Shown: piece after piece, positions 21,370 to 29,637 of the stretch | Numbering within the stretch: the first letter of the stretch is position 1 | How the letters are laid out: each line of letters starts with the position of its first letter | Assembly (NCBI GenBank): GCA_965225945.1 | Contig: CBDDBZ010000039.1 | Location: forward strand, 224,001 to 288,000 | Direction of reading: 5' to 3' | Length of the DNA: 64,000 nt | Source of the DNA: Alphaproteobacteria bacterium | Lineage (GTDB): Bacteria > Pseudomonadota > Alphaproteobacteria > GCA-2731375 | Made by a program: the position numbers and the translations under genes | Notes under the pieces: model-generated | The model's input: the letters and a program-made list of their open reading frames with translations, nothing else | Databases searched by the model: none | What the model was told of the DNA's origin: nothing

Positions 21370-21679
21370 AGCCTCCCCCGAGCCTTGGTCGGGTCGAGAT
21401 TACCGCCTTTTCCGGATTTCGGGGGACTGTTTCCCGTTTCCTCGGCGCCGGGTCACGCCAAACGCACCGAGAACCACGAACCGCCCTTCATCTCACGGGT
21501 TGTGGGATCGCCCGGGTCCAGGGGGCTCGCCGTCCCGCCGCCGACGATGCCATGGCGCGCCATGCCCTCCATGAAGCGGCCGACGTGGCGGTCTCGCGCC
21601 CGAAGCGCGACGGCGCGCTCGGGGCCTCGCCGTGCGGCGCCCGAGGTGGTTTTTCAACCGACCCACAGTCCTCCACGAG

Positions 21680-21765
21680 GCGTCGAGACCGCTCCGCATC
21701 GCGTTTCCGGGCGCGCCGTATCACCCGACCCGCCGCGCCAACGCGCGGGCCGACATCGCCCTCGA
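21680..21765 (+). pseudogene. Decayed RAYT N-terminal remnant
   Basis: SRPLRIAFPGAPYHPTRRANARADI, similar at DNA level to 20038-20112. Confidence 0.65.
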
Positions 21766-22313
21766 ATCGGGACGGCCGGCGCCTTGCCGATTCGAGGGCC
21801 ATATCGCTGAGTCGCAATTCCGGCGCGCGATGGGTCGACCCGGCCCGCCCGCCAAACGATTGTGAAACCGGGTCGAATATTCGGCGAGATCGGGCAAGAG
21901 GCCGAGAGCCGCCGAGAGCCGCCATGGCCGACCGCGACAGCGAAGCCGCGCCGAGGGTGATCGCCGCCGACCCGCCGGTCCCCGTCGGTCGCCGTCGCTC
22001 CCCGCCGCCGGGGTTTCGGGGGCTCGCTCGCGCCTTTCCACCGCGTCTCGCCGCCGCGCCTCGAGGCCACGCACCCCCCTCATCGAGAGCCGAGAACCAC
22101 CCGCCCTGGGCCGCGAGAAACCCACCGCGGGGGAAGTGATTTTACAACGGCCCGATCAAAAGCTTTCATTTCCGGGCGATTTTGAGCGATTTTGAGGCAA
22201 AATGAGGCCACGTTTCGGCCGCCGCGGGACCCCGATGCACCGATCCCGACGACGAAACCGGGGTCCGCCGAGCCTGTCGGGCGACATTCATCGACAAGAA
22301 AATCTCGCGGGTC

Positions 22314-22557
22314 GGGGGCACGCTTCCGGCTGGCCGACCACCCGGCGCTCGAGGGGTTGGATATGGGGCCGAAATACCTCGCCCTCTACGAGTTCGAGAG
22401 CCTGGATTGCCTGGCCAGTCTGGCCGATCCGGACACCATGCGCCCGGAAGCCAAGGACGAGCTGGCGCGCTGGATGGACCATGGGGCACCGCTGGTCGAC
22501 GACATGTCGTGGAACGTGTATCGCCCGATCGCGAAGCACTGGCGGCTCGCCGATTGA
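22314..22557 (+). pseudogene. 5'-truncated EthD/DUF4286-like gene fragment
   Basis: ARFRL...PKYLALYEFES...WNVYRPI with host-like codon usage; no credible start. Confidence 0.45.
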
Positions 22558-22654
22558 GCGTCCGCACCGGGTTCGGCTGCCTGGTTGCGCCGACGGCAGT
22601 ACTTGTTTCGAGGGCGATTCTTCCGCGAATTCAACGCTTTAAAGACCTTCGCTG

Positions 22655-24366
22655 GTAACCGGGGCAAAAGGCCGGGCATTTTTTCGTGCAGGGGATTCCT
22701 TTTCGGCGCGAGTTGTGAATCAATCCCCGCATGGCCGAATCGCCCCTGGACGTTGATGCTCTGGATATCGCGGCCCTCAAGGCGTTGGTGTTGGAGCTGC
22801 TTGAGCTGGGCGCGGCACGGGATGGCGAGATCGCCGCGCTACGGGAGGAGAACCGCCGTCTCGAGGGCCTGAACGGTCCCCCGAATATCAAGCCCAGCGG
22901 GATGGACGAGAAAGCGCGCTCGCGGGCACAGGCGAAGGCGGGGCGGTCTGCCAACAAGGCGCGGCGCGGGGCCAAGTTGGGCCGGGTCTCGATTGATGAG
23001 AAACGCGTCGTCGACGTCGATGCGCCGGCGGGCTCGCGCTTCAAGGGCTGGGAGGATTACCTGGTCCAGGATCTGCTCTGCCGGCCGCATAACGTTCTGT
23101 TGCGCCGCGAGCGCTGGCTGACGCCGGACGGTCGTTGCCTGGTGGCGCCCCTGCCGGCGGGGACGCGCGGTCATTTCGGCCCCGAGCTTCGCCGTTTCGT
23201 GTTGGCCCAATAGCACGGCGCGCAGACCAGCGTGGAACGCTTGGCGAGGCTGTTGCGCGATCTCGGCGTCGATATCTCCAAGCGCCAGGTGATGCGGCTT
23301 TTGAACGAGGGCCAGGAAGCTTTTGCCGCCGAGGCGCAAGCGGTGCTGCGCGCCGGCCTGGAAACCGCGCCCTGGATCAGCGTGGACGACACCGGCGCCC
23401 GGCATGCGCACCGCAATGGGGTGACAACCCAGATCGGCAACGATGCGTTTACCTGGTTCAACACCGGCTTTTCCAAGAGCCGGTTGAACTTCCTGGAGCT
23501 GCTGCGGGCCGGCCATGGCGACTATGTGATCAACCAGGCGGCGTTCTCCTACCTGCGCAAGCGCAAGCTCGCCGGAACCGTGATCGCTCGGCTGGCCGAG
23601 GCGGAGAACCACCACTTTGTCGGCGAGGCCGCCTGGATGGTCCATCTCGAGCAGCTTGGGATTGCCGCGCTCAAAGTCCATCCCGATCCAGTCAAGGTCG
23701 CCACCGAGGGCGCGCTGTGGGGGGCCATCACCGCGCACGGGTTGCTCAATGGCGGCCCGGATGGCACGGTTGTTCTGAGTGACGATGCCGGCCAGTTCAA
23801 CGTCGATCGCCACGCGCTCTGCTGGGTTCATAGCGAACGGCTGATCCACCAACTGGACGCTTTCAGCGAGGCTCAGCGCCGGGAGAAGGAACGCATCCAA
23901 GCCCGGCTCTGGCGGCTCTACGCCGATCTGAAAGCCTATCGCGAAAAGCCGACGCCAAGGCGGCGAGGCCAATTGTATCGCCGCTTCGAGGCTCTGTTCA
24001 CCACGAAAACAGGCTTCATCACCCTGGATCGGCTGCTGGCGCGTATCCACACCAACAGGGAGGAATTGCTGGTCGTCCTCGAGCGCCCGGAGGTGCCGCT
24101 CCACACCAACGGCTCGGAAACCGACATCCGCGCCATGGTCACCCGGCGAAAACTGTCCGGCGGCACCCGCTCGCAAGCCGGCAAGCAGGCCCGCGATACC
24201 TTCATCGGGCTGATGAAGACCTGCCGCAAGCTCGGGATCTCATATTGGCATTATCTCGGCGACCGTCTCCAGGTCCCGAACGCAACACCGGTGCCATCTC
24301 TACCCGGCCTCGTCAGACAACGATGCATGGAAATGGCCTAGCCGCCCGGTCTTTTGCCCCGGTTAC
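22655..24366 (+). mobile_element. IS66 family (single-ORF, ISBst12-like); transposase 22731-24341 with an in-frame TAG at 23211
   Basis: TIRs GTAACCGGGGCAAAAGGCCGGGC / GCCCGGTCTTTTGCCCCGGTTAC; flanking repeat CCTTCGCTG; VDDTG, LCWVHSER and PLHTNGSE motifs. Confidence 0.93.
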
Positions 24367-24896
24367 CCTTCGCTGGCGGCGGCGACCGATCGACGATCGC
24401 CACGGGCCAGCCGGTATTCGACCACCGCCGCCCTCGCCCCCTCCCGCTCCGCCAGAAGCCGAAACCCCAGCTTCTCCATCACCCGCCGCGAGCGCTGGTT
24501 GTCGGCGCGCGCGACCGCGTGGATCGCGTCGAGGCCGAGGTCGCCGAAGCCCCACCGCAGAATCCCCACCGAGGCCTCGCTCGCCAGGCCGCGACCCCAG
24601 GCCTCCGGGATCAGGCCGTAGCTGAGTTCGATTCCGAACGCCCCGGCGGCCATCTCGCGCAGCCCGCATTCGCCGAGAAAGCGGTCGCTTTCCCGTTCCC
24701 GGACCGCCATCGGACCGAAACCGCGCCGCGTCCAGTGCTCCAGGATCTCGGCCAATCGAGCCTCCGAGCCGGCGCGCGTTTGCACGCCGATCTTGCGGAT
24801 CGCCATCACTCGGGCATCGCCGTAGAGCCGGAACAGGTCGCCGCCGTCTCCGGCCGTGAAGGGCTGGAGGCGGAGCCGCGCCGTCTCGATGATCAT
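24363..24896 (-). CDS. GNAT N-acetyltransferase (RimJ/RimL-like)
   Basis: IETARLRL, WGRGLASEA and NQRSRRVMEKLGF motifs; stop codon supplied by the IS66 end. Confidence 0.88.
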   Translation of the reverse strand: MIIETARLRLQPFTAGDGGDLFRLYGDARVMAIRKIGVQTRAGSEARLAEILEHWTRRGFGPMAVRERESDRFLGECGLREMAAGAFGIELSYGLIPEAWGRGLASEASVGILRWGFGDLGLDAIHAVARADNQRSRRVMEKLGFRLLAEREGARAAVVEYRLARGDRRSVAAASEG

Positions 24897-25335
24897 GTCC
24901 GCTTCGAATAGTCGGCGGTGAGCCAGCGCTCCGGCGCCATGTGAACCATCATCCGGCTGCCGTCGGCCATCGCCGCCCGCATGCCCGCCGCATAGGCGCG
25001 GCCCTCGTCCTCGCCGAGGTAGCGGATCGCAATTCCCATGAGGTCGGTGTCCGCGTCGGCGACGTCGATGCGCGCCACCGGCCCCTCGACGCTGACGTAT
25101 TTGTACGGGCGCGTCTCGTTCTGGACGCAGAGCGAGAGGCGCGTGCCGGGGGCGATCAGCCGGCCCTTGCGGGAGCTTCGGGGCGTGACGAAGGCAATGT
25201 CGCCGCCGGCGCGTAACGATACCAGAGCGGGCTGGCGAGCGGCCCCCGGCCCGGTTCCGTCACCGACAGCACGGCGACGCGAGGTTCGGCCAAGAACGCC
25301 TCCGCCTCCGCCCGCGTCATGGTGAGCTTGGTCAT
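24893..25335 (-). pseudogene. Pyridoxamine 5'-phosphate oxidase-like (PPOX/F420-type) protein with one frameshift
   Basis: EAFLAEPRVAVLSV...PLASPLWYRYAP, shift near 25205, then GDIAFVT...LCVQNETRPYKYVSVEG...PERWLTADY; could be a sequencing indel. Confidence 0.7.
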
Positions 25336-26057
25336 TCCCGCGCCCCCATCATGGTCGTGAGCGAGCGCCGCGCGATGCCGTCGGCATCGAAGTTCGCGTC
25401 GTCGAGCCAGGCGGAGATGAGGCCGCGGACCTCCGGCCACTCCGCCTCGGTGATCGAATACCAGGCGGTGTCGCGGTTTCGGCCCTTCACGATCATGTGG
25501 TTGTGGAAAATTCCCTCGAAGCGATGGCCGAGGCGCCGCGCGGCGTTCCTCGATTTTTCGTTGAGGGCGTTGCAGCGCCACTGAAGGCGCCGATAGCCGA
25601 ACTCGTCCATGGCGTAGGACATCAGCAGGAACAGGGTCTCGGTCGCCGCCCGGGTCCGCTGCATCTCGGGCGCGAACCAGATCCCGCCGATCTCGATCAC
25701 GCCCTGCGCCGGCGCGATGTCCAGATAGCAGGCCATGCCGTTCGCGCGCCCGTCGCGCTTGGTTCGGAAGGCGTACCAGACGTATTCGAAACTTCCCACC
25801 ATCTGGGCGAGCCAGGCATCGAACTCGCCTCGCGTCGCCCAGGGCCCCCAGGGTAGATACTCCCAGATGCGCCGCGCCTCCTCGGTGGCGTGCGAGGCGG
25901 GATGGAGTTCCCCGGCGTGCCGCGCCACATCGAACGCCTCGATGCGCACGAGCTCGCCCTCGATCGGCGCGCGGGCGGGGATGCGTCCGCTCGGCGGCCG
26001 CGCTACCGGGTCGCCCGAGAGCGGCCGGCGATAGGGGGTTTCGGCCTCGATCGTCAT
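25332..26057 (-). CDS. GNAT family protein (ribosomal-protein acetyltransferase-like)
   Basis: IEIGGIWFAP, GYRRLQWRCNALNEKS and KGRNRDTAWYSI motifs. Confidence 0.88.
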   Translation of the reverse strand: MTIEAETPYRRPLSGDPVARPPSGRIPARAPIEGELVRIEAFDVARHAGELHPASHATEEARRIWEYLPWGPWATRGEFDAWLAQMVGSFEYVWYAFRTKRDGRANGMACYLDIAPAQGVIEIGGIWFAPEMQRTRAATETLFLLMSYAMDEFGYRRLQWRCNALNEKSRNAARRLGHRFEGIFHNHMIVKGRNRDTAWYSITEAEWPEVRGLISAWLDDANFDADGIARRSLTTMMGARE

Positions 26058-26470
26058 CCCTCCCCCGCTCCGAGGCGGCGGAACTTCGGCATGGTGATCT
26101 GCTCGCTCGCCCGCTCGAAGAAGACCTCGACCCGCTCGCCGATGCGGACGCTGTCGGGATCGTCCGTCACCACGTTGCTCATCATCCGGACGCCCTCGTC
26201 GAGCTCGATCAGGGCGACGACATAGGGCACCTCGTCCTTGAAGCCGGGGTGGGCGGGGCGTCGCGCGACGGTGAAGGAATAGATCGTGCCCCGGCCCTCG
26301 CAGGTCAGCCAGCCGCCGATTTCCTCGTGGCAATGGGGGCAGAGCAGGCGGGGCGGGAAGTAGGCCCGCCCGCAGCCGCCGCATTGGGGCACGTCCAGGC
26401 GGCCTTCCCGGGCGGCGTTCCAAAACGGCGCGCTATCGGGATCGATCGTCGGCAGGGGCTTCTCGCTCAT
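26054..26470 (-). CDS. Zn-ribbon OB-fold protein (DUF35), thiolase partner
   Basis: PFWNAA, CGGCG, CPHC, GTIYSFT and PYVVALIELDEG motifs. Confidence 0.9.
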   Translation of the reverse strand: MSEKPLPTIDPDSAPFWNAAREGRLDVPQCGGCGRAYFPPRLLCPHCHEEIGGWLTCEGRGTIYSFTVARRPAHPGFKDEVPYVVALIELDEGVRMMSNVVTDDPDSVRIGERVEVFFERASEQITMPKFRRLGAGEG

Positions 26471-26479
26471 CCCTCCAAG

Positions 26480-27234
26480 CTTGCCTATCCGGTTATCACC
26501 CACACCCACTATATGTAGTGTGCACCCATTTTCCTGAGTAAAGCTCGGTGCAGGTCGAAGCGGAGATATCTCCGGCGATGCCGAGCAGGGACTCGGACGG
26601 CATTGTAGCGCCTTTTAGGCGACACTTTAGCGTGGTGGAAATCCTAATCATTGAGTCGGATTTGGCAAAACGCCACGTTGCATAAAGGACCGTCACTTCA
26701 TTGAAATTTATCTGAAATCGGAGGTGAACGACACCGATGGAATATTCCAGGAAATCAGAGCTTCATTGAATTGTAGGATTCGAGTGCCGGATTATTCACA
26801 AATAGCTCTGTGAACTGGTTTTCAAGTTCGCTCAATACGCCATATGAAGTAAACGGATTGAGGATCACGTTCTTGCGTGTCGCTTCGTCTTCGCTGCGAC
26901 TCAAAACGCGCAGGAGACTAACAGGCGCGGACGGGTTCTTCGCAACGATTCGTGCCAGCGCGTCGCTTTCTTCGACTAGTGCCGTCAATCGCTCAGACGA
27001 TGTCGTTTCATCAGCAGCTTCCCGTCTGGCCGTGGGTTTCTTCGTTTTTCCCTTGGTCGCCACCGTTCCGTCCCCCGATGTTAAATACGTGACGTGAATT
27101 AAACTCCGGTTCGGTTTTCAGAACAATCAAGAATTAGCCGGATCGCCTCCTCAATGCGCCTGCGCCGGCCCTTGCCTGCAGTCCAAGGAGACACACTACA
27201 TATAGTGGGTGTGGGTGATAACCGGATAGGCAAG
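26480..27234 (-). mobile_element. Non-autonomous IS1595-type cassette, copy 3 (755 bp)
   Basis: Perfect 43-bp TIRs; TSD CCTCCAAG (26472-79 / 27235-42); three substitutions seen versus copy 2. Confidence 0.94.
26755..27063 (-). CDS. LRV/HEAT-like small protein, cassette passenger
   Basis: Identical to 18489-18797 except one D to G change. Confidence 0.7.
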   Translation of the reverse strand: MATKGKTKKPTARREAADETTSSERLTALVEESDALARIVAKNPSAPVSLLRVLSRSEDEATRKNVILNPFTSYGVLSELENQFTELFVNNPALESYNSMKL

Positions 27235-27248
27235 CCTCCAAGCTCCCC

Positions 27249-28418
27249 TCAGAGCCGCGCCAGGATACAGGTGGCGCCGCTGGAAAGCGTGCCGCCGGTA
27301 CCGTGCGCCATCGCCGTTCGCGCGTCCGCGACTTGCCGGGGGCCGGCCTCGCCGCGAAGTTGGCGCACCGCCTCGATCACCAGGAAGATGCCGTACATCC
27401 CCGGATGCGCGTAGGAGAGGCCGCCGCCGTTGGTGTTCATCGGAAAGCTTCCGCCCGGTCGCGAACGGCCGTCGGCGAGGAAGGGGCCCGCCTCGCCGCG
27501 GCCGCAGAATCCCAGCGCTTCCAAGCTCATCAACACGGTGATGGTGAAGGAATCGTAGATCTCCGCCACCTCGATATCGCCCGGCGCCATGCCCGCCATG
27601 GCGAAGGCGCGGCGGCCCGCCTGCTCCGCCGAGGTCAGCCAGGCGACGTCCGCCATCGCGGCGATGGTGACGTGGGTCATGCACTCGCCGAAACCGAGGA
27701 CGAGAATCGGCGTGGTCGCGAGGTCGCGCGCGCGCTCGACCGTGGTCATGACGACGGCGCCGCCGCCGTCGGTCACCAGGCAGCAATCGCGGCTATGCAG
27801 GGGATCGGCGATCATCGGGCTCGCCAGCACGTCCGCAATCGAGAGCGGCTCGCGCAGCATGGCCGCCGGGTTGAGCCGGGCCCATTCCCGGGCCGATACC
27901 GCGACCTCGGCCAGGTGCTCAGCCCTCGTGCCGTAGAGATGCATGTGCCTTTGCGCCGCCATGGCGTAAGAGCCGAGCGGCGTCGGCAGGCCCCAGGGGA
28001 CCTCGAACTGCAGGCTGAAGAGGGTCGGCCGCCCGCCGAGGGTGCGCGCGCGGGCCGAGCGCTGGTCGGAGCCATAGAGGATCAGCGCCACCTCGCAGAC
28101 GCCTTGGCTGAGCGCCATGGCCGCGTGACCGACGTACATCTCGAAGGAAGCGCCACCGATGTTGGTGCCGTCGGCGTAGCTTGGGCAGAGGCCCAGGTAT
28201 TCCGCCATCGCGACGGGCGCCATGTTGCCGGGCCGCGGCTGGCCCCAGGCGCCCGCCACCAGCAGGCCGTCGACGTCGCCGAGCCCGAGACCGGCCTCCG
28301 CCAGCGCGGCGCGGGCCACGCCGGCCTGCAGGTTCATCACCGACGGGCCGCCCGCCACCTTGCCGTCGACCAGCGGCGCGTCCGCCACGCCGACGATGAC
28401 CGGATCCCTGGCCGCCAT
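27249..28418 (-). CDS. Thiolase family protein (SCP-x type)
   Basis: DCCLVTDGGGA, EIYDSFT, NTNGGGLSYAHPG and AHGTGG motifs. Confidence 0.92.
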   Translation of the reverse strand: MAARDPVIVGVADAPLVDGKVAGGPSVMNLQAGVARAALAEAGLGLGDVDGLLVAGAWGQPRPGNMAPVAMAEYLGLCPSYADGTNIGGASFEMYVGHAAMALSQGVCEVALILYGSDQRSARARTLGGRPTLFSLQFEVPWGLPTPLGSYAMAAQRHMHLYGTRAEHLAEVAVSAREWARLNPAAMLREPLSIADVLASPMIADPLHSRDCCLVTDGGGAVVMTTVERARDLATTPILVLGFGECMTHVTIAAMADVAWLTSAEQAGRRAFAMAGMAPGDIEVAEIYDSFTITVLMSLEALGFCGRGEAGPFLADGRSRPGGSFPMNTNGGGLSYAHPGMYGIFLVIEAVRQLRGEAGPRQVADARTAMAHGTGGTLSSGATCILARL

Positions 28419-28592
28419 GCGCTGTCCCCCGCGATTGCCGGCCGCGCCGGCCGGTTCAATTCACCGTGCGAGCGCCGTCCCCGTCCTCGCCGGCTTCCGG
28501 TTGGCCCGCGGTCGGCCCCGCCTGATGATGCACGATGCGCCAGGTCCGACCCTCGCGGACGAAGACGTTGGTGGCGACGAGGAATTGTCCCC

Positions 28593-29637
28593 GATGTTAA
28601 GCGTTGTCGGACACCTGCCGAGGCGCAGGGGTTGCATCCGGCGGACTGGATCGGCAGGTGTCGGACAACGCTCAAGGGAGGAAACCGCGGGCAGGACTAG
28701 GCTCGGCGGTGCGGCACGCTCGGTCTATGGGGATTTGCGAGCGGCGGGCCAGCTTTCTCGGGTGGCCGGCGCTGCTGGATGGCTCGGATCTGATTGGCGA
28801 CGACACCGGCAGGGTGGTTTGATGGCGACTTCGGGTCGATGCCGGCGGGTCTCGCAGGTGGTTCCCTGCGCGCTCGATGGTGTTGCGGCGAGCGGGATCG
28901 TGGCCGCGGGTGAGCGGCGGCAATAGCGTTATTCGAAGCGGTGTCGGTCATGCTGCCGTGGCGCAGGGGTTGCATCCGGCGGACTGGATCGGCAGGTGTC
29001 GGACAACGCTCAAGGGAGGAAACCGCGGGCAGGACTAGGCTCGGCGGTGCGGCACGCTCGGTCTATGGGGATTTGCGAGCGGCGGGCCAGCTTTCTCGGG
29101 TGGCCGGCGCTGCTGGATGGCTCGGATCTGATTGGCGACGACACCGGCAGGGTGGTTTGATGGCGACTTCGGGTCGATGCCGGCGGGTCTCGCAGGTGGT
29201 TCCCTGCGCGCTCGATGGTGTTGCGGCGAGCGGGATCGTGGCCGCGGGTGAGCGGCGGCAATAGCGTGATGTTAAGCGTTGTCGGACACCTGCCGAGGCG
29301 CAGGGGTTGCATCCGGCGGACTGGATCGGCAGGTGTCGGACAACGCTCAAGGGAGGAAACCGCGGGCAGGACTAGGCTCGGCGGTGCGGCACGCTCGGTC
29401 TATGGGGATTTGCGAGCGGCGGGCCAGCTTTCTCGGGTGGCCGGCGCTGCTGGATGGCTCGGATCTGATTGGCGACGACACCGGCAGGGTGGTTTGATGG
29501 CGACTTCGGGTCGATGCCGGCGGGTCTCGCAGGTGGTTCCCTGCGCGCTCGATGGTGTTGCGGCGAGCGGGATCGTGGCCGCGGGTGAGCGGCGGCAATA
29601 GCGTTATTCGAAGCGGTGTCGGTCATGCTGCCGTGGC
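28593..29637. repeat. Three tandem copies (period 337-338 bp) of the terminal region of the IS91-like element
   Basis: GCGCAGGGGTTGC at 28623, 28961 and 29298; near-identical units; 21-bp inverted repeat 28601-21 / 28651-71. Confidence 0.93.

Noticed and set aside
24893-25335. Programmed frameshift in the PPOX-like gene (and near the ISSod11 transposase C-terminus)
   Set aside because: There is no slippery motif; single-base indels of this kind fit sequencing error or simple decay.
28593-29637. Tandem repeats as a CRISPR array, or the repeated 70-130 aa ORFs as genes
   Set aside because: The units are about 337 bp and identical, with no unique spacers and no cas genes. They are duplications of the IS91-like element's non-coding end.
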